Below are positions 1-14,804 of a stretch of DNA of 64,000 bases, in pieces (the first letter of the stretch is position 1; the number at the start of each line of letters is the position of its first letter). The notes under the pieces are model-generated. The model did not search any database and was not told the origin of the DNA. It saw only the letters and a list, made by a program, of their open reading frames with translations. The stretch is from Macrostomum lignano (Eukaryota): NCBI GenBank assembly GCA_002269645.1, contig NIVC01000702.1, positions 405,284-469,283 on the forward strand. Reading direction: 5' to 3'. Made by a program: the position numbers and the translations under genes.

Positions 1-2481
1 GGAGTCGCCTCCTCTGAAGGCAGCGTCTGCCGCAGTCTGGGCCGGGATCTCCGCTCGATATTCAACCGGTTGAGAGCACATACGGGGCTGGCCTAGGTCG
101 CAGGCTCGAATCCTGAGAGGCAATTTGATGCTGTGAGTGGATTGGCCAGGTAATTGTTGTCGGATGTTGTGCAGAGGCTGGCTGACCAGGATGCTGCCCG
201 TGTCCGAGTGAACGCTGAACCGCTGGTCTGAGCTGTTCAAGAGCTCGTACACCACCTGCGAGAAGGAGGTGGAGAAGGAGAGATGAGATAAAAATGGCAC
301 GGATTTAATTTTTTCTTAGCGACTTGGGAATTTAGAAACTTGGATATTATAAATCATGGGTTCTGTGGGGTTGGGATTTGGGATCAATTGGATTGGGATC
401 TGTGAGCATTGGGATCTATGAGATTGGGATCTGTGAGCATTGGGATCTGTGGGGTTGGGATCTGTGAGATTGGGATCTGTGAGATTGGGATCTGTGGGAT
501 TGGGATCTGTGGGATTGGGATCTGTGGGGTTGGGATCTGTGAGATTGGGATCTGTGAGATTGGGATCTGTGAGATTGGGATCTGTGAGATTGGGATCTGT
601 GGGGTTGGGATCTGTGAGATTGATATCAATGGGATTAGGATCTGTTAGATTGGGAGCTGTGTTATTGGAATCTGAGATTGGGATCTGTGGGATTGGGATC
701 TGTGGGGTTGGGAGCTGTGTTATTGAAATCTGAGATTGGGATCTGTGGGATTGGGAACTGTGGGGTTGGGATCTGAGGGGTTGGGATCTGAGGGGTTGGG
801 ATCTAAAGGATTAGGATCTAAAGTATCTAAAGGATCCTGGTCTGGGATCTCTGTGATTTTCAGTTTACAGCTAAGGTATTTACAGCTGAGCACACAGAGC
901 TCAGTGTCCCGAACCTTCTGGTTAATTCCCTCATCCGGGTCTTCGGCCACCACATGGCCGATCCGGTGTCCGGGCTCCAGTTGATTGACAACAAACTCGG
1001 CTGGAAACTCTGGCGGATCAATTCGCAGCGAAGGCGCATTGTCGTTGACGTCGTCCACGGTGATGGTCACGTGACAGGTGCCGGTGAGCTGCAGACCTCG
1101 CTGCTGAGGCTGGTCCTCCGCCAGGACGCGAAAGGAATAGTGGGATCGGAGCTCGCGGTCCAGGGCCGCTCTGGGTGCGATGGCAAGATGTATAATTGTA
1201 AATACATTTAACTAACCAGCTAAGGCATGTATCAAATAATCTGTCAGATCAATTTATCAAATAGATTATTTATTAATACGAGTAAATCAATCAATCAATC
1301 AGATTAATCAATAAATTCGATCAATCAATAAATACATTTGATCAGCCAATCAGATCAACCAATCAATCAAAAACTCAATCAATCAGAGCAATCAATCAAT
1401 CAGATCAATTGTTCAATCAATCAGAGCAATCAATCAATCAATCAATGAATCAATCAATCAATCGTATCAAACAATGAATGAATGAATGAATGAATGAATG
1501 AATGAATCAATCAATCAATCGTATCAAACAATGAATGAATGAATGAATGAATGAATCAATCAATCAATCAATCAATCGTATCAAACAATGAATGAATGAA
1601 TCAATCAATCAATCAATCAATCAATTGGATAAATCAATCAATCAATCAATCAGATAAATCAATCAATCAATCAACCAATCAATCAGAGCAATCAAGCCCT
1701 CAGCAGCCAAGCGGCAGACACTGCTCACACTGCGCGAATCTCTCCAGTCTGTCGATCAATATCGAAGGCGCTGGACTCGGCGCTCTTCTCCAGCCGATAT
1801 TGCACTCTGCCGTTGCCATTGTTGCTCCAATCAGCGTCTCGAGCTGTGAGGCGGCCGACCAAAGCCGGAGGCGGCCGATTCTCCAACAGTCGCAGCTGTA
1901 TCGAGGAGCAGGATTCGAACTCAGGAGCATGATCGTTGATATCCAGCACGGCGATAGCGACGTCAACAGTAACGCTGCGCGCCGGTTCGCCATTGTCGCT
2001 GACTCGAACTTTGAGCAGATACTCGGAGCGCCGTTCTCGGTCGAGCGTTCGCAGCGGAGTCACTAAGCCGCTGACGGCGTCCACGCTGAAGGTGGCGCCG
2101 GCCTCCGGCTCGGTGGCAGCGGCGTCAAGCGAGAAGTTCAACTTGGCGTTGACGCCTTCGTCTGCGTCGGTTAGGAAGTCTGTTAATCGGCCGATTGGTC
2201 TCAGGCTCGAATCCTCCTCCATGGCATTGAGTTGGATGGCTCTGAGAAGGATGGGCGGATTGTCGTTGATGTCCGAGATGTCGACGCAGTGGCCGTGGGC
2301 GGTGGAAGACAGACCGGCGGAGTCCGAGCAGAGGATGCGGAAGCAGAGCTTCGGAGTGTGCTCGCGGTCCAGTCGCAGCTTGGTTGCTAGGTAGTAGGTC
2401 CACACGTTCTTGGCGGGTGGGTTAGAGTAGCATAGCGTGAATATGTGAATTCGATCAGTGTATCAACTGTGACTGTCTGCC

Positions 2482-2514
<33 letters not shown>

Positions 2515-2581
2515 TAGTGTCTGTCTGCCTGCCTGTCTGTCTTAGTGTCTGTCTGTCTGTCTGTCAACCATTTAATAAATA

Positions 2582-2619
<38 letters not shown>

Positions 2620-2628
2620 CCAACCAAT

Positions 2629-2667
<39 letters not shown>

Positions 2668-2686
2668 CCAATCAATCAATCAATCG

Positions 2687-2719
<33 letters not shown>

Positions 2720-2959
2720 CCAATCAATCAATCGACCAATCAATCAATCAATCAATCAACCAATAAATCAATCAATCAATCAATCAACCAATCAATCAAC
2801 CAATAAATCAATCAGTCAACCAATCAATCAATCAATAAATCAATCAACCAACCAATCAATCAATCAATCAATCAATCAGTCAACCAATCAATCAATCAAT
2901 AAATCAATCAACCAACCAATCAATCAATCAATCAATCAACCAATCAATCAATCAGTCAA

Positions 2960-3019
<60 letters not shown>

Positions 3020-6000
3020 CAATCAATCAATCAATCAACGAATCAATCAATCAATCAATCAACCAATCCACCCACCAATCCACCAATCAATCAATCAACC
3101 AATCAATCAATCAACCAATCATTCAATCAATCAACCAATCAATCAATCAAACAATCCAATACTTACCACGCTGCCCTCCATTCTCGGCTCCGAGCTGCCC
3201 GTCTTCGACACCAGCTCAAAAAAGGAGCTCGCAGCTGTGCCTCCCGAACCGTCGTTGACCGCGCACGAGACTCGATCGTTTGTGTCCGGGTCTCGAACAA
3301 TCACCATGGCAACACGGGCGCCAACCGGCTGGCCCTCCTTGACGCTGCCAACGCCGGGACAGCGGCCAGTAGGTGAGCAAACCTCAACGCTTGGCGGCTC
3401 ATCGTTGTGATCGGAGATGGACACGCTGACTGTGGCGGTTGAGGTCCGGCGATCGTTCACCTCCTTGGAGTTGTCGCGCGCGATCACCTGTCAATCAAGG
3501 TTGATAGACCGGATTGTTTAGTTGGCTCAGTTCATTAAGACTCAATTCAACTTTGCGCTGAAAAACAGACAATTCAAGATTGATTGTGGCGCCCTAGAAC
3601 AGTCAAATCGGCGCCCTAGAACAGTCAAATCAGCGCCCTTAGAACAGTCAAATCAGCGCCCTTAGAACAGTCAAATCAGCGCCCTTAGAACAGTCAAATC
3701 AGCGCCCTTAGAACAGTCAAATCAGCGCCCTTAGAACAGTCAAATCAGCGCCCTTAGAACAGTCAAATCGGCGCTCTAGAACAGTCAAATCGGCGCCCCT
3801 AGAACAGTCAAATCGGCGCTCTAGAACAGTCAAATCGGCGCCCCTAGAACAGTCAAATCAGCGCCCCTAGAACAGTCAAATCGGCGCTCTAGAACAGTCA
3901 AATCGGCGCCCCTAGAACAGTCAAATCGGCGCCCCTAGAACAGTCAAATCGGCGCTCTAGAACAGTCAAATCGGCGCCCCTAGAACAGTCAAATCGGCGC
4001 TCTAGAACAGTCAAATCAGCGCCCCTAGAACAGTCAAATCGGCGCCCCTAGAACAGTCAAATCGGCGCTCTAGAACAGTCAAATCGGCGCCCCTAGAACA
4101 GTCAAATCAGCGCCCCTAGAACAGTTAAATCGGCGCTCTAGAACAGTCAAATCAGCGCCCTAGAACAGTCAAATCGGCGCCCCTAGAACAGTCAAATCGG
4201 CGCCCCTAGAACAGTCAAATCGGCGCTCTAGAACAGTCAAATCAACGCTCTAGAACAGTCAAATCGGCGTCCTAGAACAGTCAAATCGGCGCTCTAGAAC
4301 AGTCAAATCGGCGCTCTAGAACAGTCAAATCGGCGCCGTAGAACAGTCAAATCGGCGCTCTAGAACAGTCAAATCAGCGCTCTAGAACAGTCAAATCAGC
4401 GCTCTAGAACAGTCAAATCAGCGCCCTAGAACAGTCAAATCGGCGCCCTAGAACAGTCAAATCGGCGCCCTAGAACAGTCAAATCGGCGCTCTAGAACAG
4501 TCAAATCAGCGCTCTAGAACAGTCAAATCAGCGCTCTAGAACAGTCAAATCGGCGCCCCTAGAACAGTCAAATCGGCGCCCTAGAACAGTCAAATCGGCG
4601 CCCTAGAACAGTCAAATCGGCGCCCTAGAACAGTCAAATCGGCGCTCTAGAACAGTCAAATCAGCGCTCTAGAACAGTCAAATCAGCGCTCTAGAACAGT
4701 CAAATCAGCGCCCTAGAACAGTCAAATCAGCGCCCCTAGAACAGCCAAATCAGCGCCCTAGAACAGTCAAATCAGCGCCCTAGAACAGTCAAATCAGCGC
4801 TCTAGAACAGCCAAATCAGCGCCCTAGCACAGTCAAATCAGCGCCCCTAGAAAAGTCAAATCAGCGCTTTAGAACAATAAATTTGGCACCCAAACGGTAT
4901 TTAGAAGAGCATTATCCGACTCACCAGAAACACAATACTTTTCTTGTCCATTCTGTCGTAATCTAATGGCTTTTTTAGGATCACGCGGCCATCGGGGGTC
5001 ACCTGAAACTGCAACCTTGCCAGTCTCTGCTGCTGTCGCCTCTCGGCGCCTCCAACAGACAGTTCGGGCGCGAAATCGAAAATCACCTGGCCATAGGAGC
5101 CCGAGTCTTTGTCCGCGGCTGCCAGCGTCAGGACCAGGCTGTTCACTGGCGCAGTCTCCAGTATGGGCAGTTTTGGCGAGAACAAAGACTTTACAAATTC
5201 AGGGGAATTATCGTTTACGTCTGTGACTCGAACCTGCACCTGGATAGAGCCGGTGCGAGGCGGGCTGCCGTGGTCGCTAGCCAGCAGGGTCATGTTATAT
5301 GAGTCCTGCTGCTCCCTGTCCAGCCTCTGGGATGCTTCAATGAACAGCTGCGGGTTTGATAGGGGATTCTGTGCAGCGGTTTGTGGGGGTCTGAGAGGCT
5401 GGCTCAGCAACTGGGGATCTGGGAGGCTGGCCCAGTAACTGGGGATCTGGGAGGCTGGCTCAGCAACTGGGGATCTGGGAGGCTGGCCCAGCAACTGAGG
5501 ATCTGGGAGGCTGGCTCAGCAACTGAGGATCTGGGAGGCTGGCCCAGTAACTGGGGATCTGGGAGGCTGGCCCAGCAACTGAGGATCTGGGAGGCTGGCC
5601 CAGCAACTGAGGATCTGAGAGGCTGGCCCAGCAACTGAGGATCTGGGAGGCTGGCCCAGCAACTGAGGATCTGAGAGGCTGGCCCAGCAACTGAGGATCT
5701 GGTGGGCTGGCCCAGCAACTGGGGATCTGAGAGGCTGGCCCAGCAACTGAGGATCTGAGAGGCTGGCCCAGCAACTGAGGATCTGGTGGGCTGGCCCAGC
5801 AACTGAGGATCTGGGAGGCTGGCCCAGCAACTGAGCATCTGGGAGGCTGGCCCAGCAACTGAGGATCTGGGAGGCTGGCCCAGCAACTGAGGATCTGGGG
5901 GGGGGGTGGCCCAGCAACTGAGGATCTGGGGGGCTGGCCCAGAAACTGAGGATCTGGGGGGGTGGCCCAGCAACTGAGGATCTGGGGGGCTGGCCCAGCA

Positions 6001-9000
6001 ACTGAGGATCTGGGAGACTGGCCCAGCAACTGAGGATCTGGTGGGCTGGCCCAGCAACTGAGGATCTGGGAGACTGGCCCAGCAACTGAGGATCTGAGAG
6101 GCTGGCCCAGCAACTGAGGATCTGGTGGGCTGGCCCAGCAACTGAGGATCTGGGAGGCTGGCCCAGCAACTGAGGATCTGGGAGACTGGCTCAGCAACTG
6201 AGGATCTGGGAGGCTGGCCCAGCAACTGAGGATCTGGGAGGCTGGCCCAGCAACTGAGGATCTGGGAGGCTGGCCCAGCAACTGAGGATCTGGGGGGGCT
6301 GGTCCAGCAACTGAGGATCTGGAAGGCTGGCCCAGAAACTGAGGATCTGGGGGGGGGGTGGCCCAGCAACTGAGGATCTGGGGGGCTGGCCCAGCAACTG
6401 AGGATCTGGGGGGCTGGCCCAGCAACTGACACTCTGGGAGGCTGGCCCAGCAACTGACACTCTGGGAGGCTGGCCCAGCAACTGGGGATCTGGGAGGCTG
6501 GCCCAGCAACTGAGGATCTGGGAGGCTGGCCCAGCAACTGAGGATCTGGGAGGCTGGCCCAGCAACTGAGGATCTGGGAGGCTGGCCCAGTAATTGAGGA
6601 TCTCGGTCACCCATGGTCAAATGGGGATCTTCCACCAGGCAGCCGGATCCCAAACCTGTCCATCTTCCTGAGAAGGCCGCAGCACGAAGGGAGCACCAAG
6701 ATTCTGCAGCTTGTACATCACGCTGCCGTTCCGACCAAGGTCTGGGTCGTGAGCGGCAGCAATGGGCACCGCATAGCCTTCCTGATTGTTCTCGCGAATC
6801 TCAACCACGACGACAGGTTCGCTTGGGAACTTTGGTGTGCAGTCGTTGATGTCGAGAATGTTTACCTTGATGGCGACCTCGTGCGTTGTGTGCAGCACAT
6901 TGAATTTGATGCTGTCGGGTGTTAAGGGAGGAATCGTTTCTTTAAAATTTCGGAAAGACACCTAGTTATGAATCGCCTAGATAGTGAATTTTCTAGTTCG
7001 TGAATTGTCTAGTTTGTGAATTGCCTAGTTTTTTAATTGTCCAGTTCGTGAATTGTCTTTGGTGAATTGTCTAGTTTGTGAACGTGAAGCGTCTACCGGG
7101 TAGTTTGTGAATGTGAATTGCCTAGTCTGTGAATTGTCTAATCTGTGAACTGTCTAGCTTGTGAATGAGAGTTTTCTAGTTTGAGAACTGTCTAGTCTGT
7201 GAATGTGAACTACCTGGTTTGTGAATGTGAGGTGTCTGGTTTGTGAATGTGAATTGTCTGGTTTGTGAATGTGAATTGTCTGGTTTGTGAATGTGAATTG
7301 TCTGGTTTGTGAATGTGAACTATCTGGTTTGTGAATGTGAATCATCTGGTTTGTGAATGTAAAGTTTCTAGCTTTTAGAAGCGAGCCTCTGGTCAAGTGG
7401 AAACTGAGGCAAATAGAAATCTTCGCAGCAGAAGTCTGAACCTGCACTGACCCCAGATGTTCCGTTAATAATTCCTCAATCTGTTGCAATTTCCCTCATA
7501 AGCAAGAGCCACTTCTCAACCTCATCGAGTGAGCAGAAGCGCACAACTGCAATATCTGAACATTAACGCCGAGCTCAAATTAGTTTTAGGAAGCCGGCAG
7601 ACGAATGATGAAGCTCTCCTGATGAGCTAGCCTCCTGGGTGCGAATTCTCATCTCATCACTCACTCTCCCCCCATGCCCCTCTCTCTCTCTCTCTAGATT
7701 CCAATCTCTGGTAATTGCAGAAGGGCCATATGCCTCTCGTCATAGATTAAGGGAACCCACTCTCCTACTTCCTAACATTATTTTCTCTGTACTGACCTCT
7801 CCTCGTTCGGTTTGGTACAGCGCATGGGTTATAGATTGACCCCAGCAGGCTTCAGCAGGCCAACCCCTGGGGCTGAATTCCGACACTTCGACAGTGTTCC
7901 GACAAGGGAAGAACGAAAGGATGGGGAGATTTTTTTCGTTAAAAACCGGCAGCTGCTCCGTGGAAATCTAATTTGTTCATCTCCGGTGGCGGTGAGGCCA
8001 CAGCGGGCTCAAAGTGTCAATGCAATGTAAGAGTAAGATGTAATTCGTGATGCTGGCACATCGCCTATGCTTTAAAATGTATCTCGGTTTTTTTACACTG
8101 TGTTATCTATGTAATAGTGCCTGGTTTTTGGAAACAGAAGATTATTGAATCATGCTTATATCTATAAATTATGATTTATGACTAGCCGATTCTTGGAATT
8201 ATGCGGATTTTAGAAGGCCGATTCTAAGAAAGCGAATTTTTGAAGGCCGATTCTAAGAATGAGGATCTTTGGAGGCCGATTCTCGTAATGAAATTTTTTT
8301 AGAGCAGATTCTTGGAATGAGAATTTTTGAAGGCCGATTCTTGGAATGAGGATTTTTAAAGACAGATTCTTGGAATGAGGATCTTTGAAGGCCGATTCTA
8401 AGAATGAGAATTTTTGAAGGCCGATTCTAAGAATGATGATCTTTGAAGGCCGATTCTCGGAATGAGAATTTTTTAGAGCAGATTCTTGGAATGAGAATTT
8501 TTGAAGGCCGATTCTTGGAATGAGGATTTTTGAAGGCCGATTCTTGGAATGCGGATTTTTGAAGGCCGATTCTTGGAATGCGGATTTTTGAAGGCCGATT
8601 CTTGGAATTATGCGGATTTTTGAAGGCCGATTCTTGGAATTATGCGGATTTTTGAAGGCCGATTCTTGGAATTATGCGGATTTTAGAAGGCCGATTCTAA
8701 GAATGAGAATTTTTTAGAGCAGATTCTTGGAATGAGAATTTTTGAAGGCCGATTCTTGGAATGAGGATTTTTTAGAGCAGATTCTTGGAATGAGGATCTT
8801 TGGAGGCCGATTCTCGGAATGAGAATTTTTTAGAGCAGATTCTTGGAATGAGAATTTTTGAAGGCCGATTCTTGGAATGAGGATTTTTAAAGACAGATTC
8901 TAAGAATGTGGATTTTTAAAGGCCGATTCTTGGAATGTGGATTTTTGAAGGCCGATTCTAAGAATGAGGATCTTTGGAGGCCGATTCTCGGAACGAGAAT

Positions 9001-9614
9001 TTTTAGAGCAGATTCTAGGAATGAGAATTTTTGGAGGCCGATTCTTGGAATGTGGATTTTTTAAGGCCGATTCTTGGAATACGATTTTTGTAAGCTGATT
9101 TTTAGAACGAGGAATGTATTGATGGTGATTTTTAGTAGGCTACTTTTAATGAAAAATTTGCAGATCGAGTATTTTTAAGGCTGATTTTTAAGTGAGGATC
9201 AACAAAGGGCAATTCTTAGAGAAAAACTTTAAATTTGACTTGAAAAATCTGTGGAATATTTGATTCTAAAAATAATCAATCCAACATTAAAACTAATACT
9301 TGAAAACTGACTCACCTGCACAACGGTATTTTATCACACAGCTGTTCTCTGTCAACTCTCTGATTGACACGCAGCACTCCGTTAGTGGAATTGATCGCAA
9401 ACAATTTGCGGTACTTCTGAGTCGCTTGAAACAAACTGAACTTGGCAGTGCCGGTGTCGATTCCCTGCGAGTCAAAATATGCCGTTTTGACGTTGCCAAA
9501 CTCGGAATTCACCGGCAGCTCCTCGTTGATGAAAAATTCCAAAAACAACGCAGATGAAACTTTCAGACAGGCAAGAAATCCCAAGGCAGTCAAGAACAGG
9601 CAGCAGAGTTTCAT
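1..9614 (-). CDS. Delta-type (delta1-like, 7 EC) protocadherin, 3' end outside window; exons 9614-9316, 6911-6656, 5347-4925, 3487-3167, 2408-1729, 1170-915, 255-<1
   Basis: Signal peptide MKLCCLFLTALGFLAC. EC1 has the protocadherin Cys loop DREQLCDKIPLC. Linkers DINDCTP, DVNDNSP, DHNDEPP, DINDNPP, DINDHAP, DVNDNAP; LDRE and AxDxD motifs. All six introns are GT-AG with matching phases (LCS|IKF, EDGQ|LFIE, IVFL|VIAR, EGSV|NVWT, RAV|AALDRE, NQK|VVYE). Confidence 0.93.
365..815. repeat. Minisatellite, unit ~20 bp (GAGATTGGGATCTGT plus variants), protocadherin intron 6
   Basis: Visible tandem array; source of the repetitive ORFs at 384-984. Confidence 0.9.
1285..1695. repeat. (ATCA)n/(ATGA)n microsatellite, protocadherin intron 5
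   Basis: Direct reading. Confidence 0.95.
2475..3150. repeat. (TGTC)n then (ATCA/ACCA)n microsatellite, protocadherin intron 4
   Basis: Direct reading. Confidence 0.95.
3590..4890. repeat. 23-24 bp minisatellite CTAGAACAGTCAAATCGGCGCCC, protocadherin intron 3
   Basis: Highly homogeneous tandem array. Confidence 0.95.
5385..6605. repeat. 28-bp minisatellite GGATCTGGGAGGCTGGCCCAGCAACTGA, protocadherin intron 2
   Basis: Tandem array; same unit at 57285-57910 and 58741-59395. Confidence 0.95.
6965..7375. repeat. ~22-bp degenerate array GTTTGTGAATGTGAATTGTCTG, protocadherin intron 1
   Basis: Direct reading. Confidence 0.85.
8180..9200. repeat. 29-bp minisatellite TTTTGAAGGCCGATTCTTGGAATGAGGAT, protocadherin intron 1
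   Basis: Direct reading. Confidence 0.9.
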
Positions 9615-9824
9615 TGTGTCCCAGCCTGCGAGTCTGTGAATGAGAGAGTGCGGGGTGAGTTTGCCAATAGTCTGTGATACTTAAAAAACAGGAATCCCGA
9701 ATGCCCACCATTTTTATTGATTTTTTGCGCTTGAGATGATCGCTTTAACTATAAATATAAATATATTAATCAGTTTCTTTAATACAGTGTATGCCTTTTA
9801 GTGCCTGACTTTAGTGTCACTGTT

Positions 9825-10590
<766 letters not shown>

Positions 10591-11457
10591 TCTTATCTAA
10601 GTTATAAAGTAGAAAGCAGGACATGCTGAAAAAGCATGATAAAAGATGCCTGTTGATATACCGGTAGATAACTTAAATGGATATTTTAGCGCAGTGGGAG
10701 TTACATTCGGTAGCAGAAATAAGCAAAAATGTATTAATTTATGGCCGCAATTACCCATGAGTCAGGCAGTCATTTAATTAGTCACCGCCTCGAATTAAAA
10801 CTGATTGATCCTATTTTTTGCTTTGAGATTTATAATAGCAGGAAACTTCGCTAATATTGATACAGTTTTGCCATAATTTCGCATATATCATTGATTTGAA
10901 CGTTTTTTAAACCTCGCTACATTCTGGGCAGAATTGAGATTGCTGCACAAACTAGAAACTGTAGGCAGATAAAGTGGGCTTCGATTGAGTTTACTCGCTA
11001 ATTTTCGCATGGCCAATATTGACTGTTTACGGGTGTGTGCACGTGTGTACAGCATGTGTTTGAGTGTGCTCAGAGAAAAGGGAAGGAAGCATATAAAAGA
11101 CAGTTCCTTTCTTCATACAGAAATTTCTCTTGTCTTTTAGAAGGAAGCCAATGAGAGTCAGAGAGTGTGTGTGTAGCAAAATCGGGCTTATTAAAAAGCA
11201 CCGTGCGCAAGTCGCTTTGAATCCAGTCAAGATGGAGCAATAAACCTTGACTGACTATGGCTGTATGGATGCTGAGTTGGTAAATATTTTCAGACACTGA
11301 ATGAGAATAAGTTGAGCAGACACTGTTGCAGACTCTTGGGTGCTAGCAGGGCTGAGAGCTCCACAGGTAAGCCTGTGCAATCCTGATGGCCCGACAGGTA
11401 CAAAACTGCCGAGTGCATCAGCAGGAGAAGAGAAATCCATGACAGAATGATTCACGG

Positions 11458-11475
11458 ATGGACAGACAGGCAGGC

Positions 11476-11516
<41 letters not shown>

Positions 11517-11618
11517 CACAGACACTAAGACAGACAGACAGACAGACAGACACACAGACACTAAGACAGACAGACATAAAGACAGACAGATAGACAGACA
11601 GATAGACACTAAGACAGG

Positions 11619-11668
<50 letters not shown>

Positions 11669-11935
11669 CACAGACACTAAGACAGACAGACAGAGACAGA
11701 CAGACAAAAAGACACTAAGGCAGACAGACAGACAGACACACAGACACTAAGACAGACAGACAAAAAGACACTAAGGCAGACAGACAGACAGACAGACAGA
11801 GACAGACAGACGGACAGACAGACGAAAAGAAGCCAAGGCAGACAGATAGACAGACAGACACAGCTAAATAAACAGACAGATGAAAGCTTGTAGACAGGCA
11901 AAATTAGACAGATAGGCAGACGGACAGACGGACAA
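11458..11935. repeat. (GACA)n microsatellite
   Basis: Direct reading. Confidence 0.95.
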
Positions 11936-12374
11936 ACACTCAGGCAGATAAATCACGAGAGCTAAAGTATAGAATACATTACATTAGCATAGCTATATTA
12001 TACAGTCTTCAAGAACTTCGCAGTTTCTTTGCGCGGCCTTAAAAGAATTTCAAACCCTATTTAAAGCTATTTTAGCAAGCATTTTAACAGGCTATAATCG
12101 AGCAGAATGAGTGAGTCAGTGGTGTGTCGAGCTTTGAATATTCTTAGTCGTTTTCGACGTATCCGAAATCCATGCCAGCCTTGCGGCAGTTCTCTACAGA
12201 TCTGCAGATGTGCTGCTTACGGAGGTGTGGGGCTTTTACGGCCTGTCTGACCCTTCCTTCTTTCCGGTTATTAGCTCAACTGAAAAGACTCAAGACTTGG
12301 GAAAATTGTAGGAAGCTCTCTACGAGTACAATAAATGTACACAGTAGTCTAAACTTAGAACAATCAGATAGATG

Positions 12375-13390
12375 GAAGGGCGATTCTTAAATTGGAGGAG
12401 TTCAGGGGCGATTCTTAAATTGGAGGAGTTCAGGGGCTATTCTTAAATTGGAGGAGTTCAGGGGCTATTCTTAAATTGGAGGAGTTCAGGGGCGATTCTT
12501 AAAGGTGGGAGTTCAGGGGCGATTCTTAAAGGTTGGGAGTTCAGGGCGATTCTTAAATTGGAGGAGTTCAGGGGCGATTCTTAAAGGTGGGGAGTTCAGG
12601 GCGATTCTTAAATTGGAGGAGTTCAGGGGCGATTCTTAAAGGTGAGGAGTTCAGGGGCGATTTTTAAATTGGAGGAGTTCAGGGGCGATTCTTAAAGGTG
12701 GGGAGTTCAGGGGCGATTCTTAAAGGTGGGAGTTCAGGGGCGATTCTTAAAGGTGGGAGTTCAGGGCGATTCTTAAAGGTGGGAGTTCAGGGGCGATTCT
12801 TAAATTGAAGGAGTTCAGGGGCGATTCTTAAAAGTGGGGAGTTCAGGGCGATTCTTAAAGGTGAAGAGTTCAGGGGCGATTCTGAAATTGGAGGAGTTCA
12901 GGGGCGATTCTTAAAGGTGAAGAGTTCAGGGCGATTCTTAAAGGTGGGGAGTTCAGGGGCAATTCTTAAATTGGAGGAGTTCAGGGGCGATTCTTAAAGG
13001 TGGGAGTTCAGGGGCGATTCTTAAAGGTGGGGAGTTCAGGGCGATTCTTAAATTGAAGGAGTTCAGGGGCGATTCTTAAATTGGAGGAGTTCAGGGGCGA
13101 TTCTTAAATTGGAGGAGTTCAGGGGCGATTCTTAAAGGTGAGGAGTTCAAGGGCGATTTTTAAATTGGAGGAGTTCAGGGGCGATTCTTAAAGGTGGGGA
13201 GTTCAGGGGCGATTCTTAAATTGGAGGAGTTCAGGGGTGATTCTTAAAGGTGAAGAGTTTAGGGGCGATTCTGAAATTGGAGGAGTTCAGGGGCGATTCT
13301 TAAAGGTTGGGAGTTCAGGGGCAATTCTTAAATTGGAGGAGTTCAGGGGCAATTCTTAAAGGTGGGAGTTCAGGGGCGATTCTTAAGGTG
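12375..13390. repeat. 28-29 bp minisatellite GGAGGAGTTCAGGGGCGATTCTTAAATT
   Basis: Two alternating variants (AAATTGGAGG / AAAGGTGGG). Confidence 0.95.
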
Positions 13391-14804
13391 GGAATGCATC
13401 ATGATGTATTCTTTATTAAGTTTTAATATCCTTTATCAGGTCTTAACTTTCAAGTAAATGAAACTTGCTTCAGTAATTTTACCCGATTTAATTCCCCTTC
13501 TCTCCTCTCCTTCTTGCATAGTTAGTTGAACTAGCTAAAAAGGCATACACTGTACATAGAGATAGACGCACCAGTCCAATGCTTTAGCAAACAATAAAAT
13601 TCATAGTTGAAAATTAAGGAACAAAGACTCCGCGGCCTTATACTTATACATTTATTGTTTGCTTGGCAATCTTGTCTCAAATATTTGGCAGTTGAGTCGG
13701 TAGTCTCCATACTATAGTTATAGTAGAGTCAGTCAACATTAGTAAGCATCCATTTTTTGACCGCTGAAGTGTGTCTTTCTTTCGAGTCTTTGTCTCGAAT
13801 TCCGTGCATAATTTGTCTTTTTCATTTTTATGGCGCCGTTGCTCTGGACTGAAATAGCACCAAATCATTTGTCAGAAGTCTGGACTACAGAGTAATACCA
13901 TCTCCCCTCCCCTTTAACCATCCAGTATTTTTAGACAAGAACTTAAATGAACCTCATGGCCAAGAACAAGAGGCAGACCAAGAGGCAGGCAGAAGTTGGG
14001 CGGCGCTAGAGGTGGGTGGTTGGTTTATTGCCAAGCTCTTGAGCTCTTGAGCACACAAGCAACATATCCACTCGTAAGCCACATCCAAGAGCCAGACAAA
14101 GCTCCTACATTAATACTATATATAGTTATGTTTTTTACTGACAGGGTGTGAGAATTTCATCTCAGTCTCAATCTCAAATGTCGGGTAGACCTCTCATGGC
14201 AACAGAGAACAAAGAAACAGTCAAAACTTCTTCTACCTTCTAGCGTGGGTCAAAGAAGCCATGCAAGTTTGCTTACAATATATGCTCGTATAAATCTTGC
14301 GCTTGGACCAGAAAAAAACAACTGTTAGCGTGACTACGTAGTGATGGTAAATTCAATATTAGCTTGAATTTAAGATGCTCAGTCGCTGATAAATTATTAC
14401 ATAAATTTCCCGCTTTTTACACATCCTGGAACATTTAATATGCAAAATTCAAGGCAGTTTAATTTGAGTCTCTGGGGACTGTTTGCGTCTCGTGGTGACA
14501 ACACAGCACTAGCGCCAATCTCAGTTCCAACACTTTTATACACTTCTTACAATAAAGACTTGGATTTCGATTTAATATAATGCATATCTGACAGGGAAAC
14601 ACCTAAACCTAGTCATACTGCACACACAATCACGAACTGGGGTGGGGGGGGGGCAGGCTCTGGCACGTTTGACGCGACAGAGCATCTCAAGTATTGAGGC
14701 GTGATGCATGAACTCACCACAGATTTTCTTAATTAAATAATAAATGTAGAGCATATGTAGAAAAACCTACAGTGGACTCATATAGGAAGTACAAGTCTAA
14801 AGGG

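Noticed and set aside
3590-4890. Regular short repeats superficially like a CRISPR array
   Set aside because: No unique spacers, eukaryotic intron context and no cas genes; applies to all arrays here.
5381-6653. Long ORFs (377, 397, 217 aa) with PDPQLLGQPPRS repeats; likewise 57126-57904 and 58816-59446
   Set aside because: They are translations of the 28-bp minisatellite; the first set lies inside a well-defined protocadherin intron.
7610-7655. CTGATGAG resembling a hammerhead ribozyme core
   Set aside because: No properly paired stem II and no GAAA; the flanking stems do not form.
7400-8030. Non-repetitive, moderately GC-rich block in protocadherin intron 1 with exon-like stretches on both strands
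   Set aside because: I could not build a phase-consistent ORF or recognise a motif.
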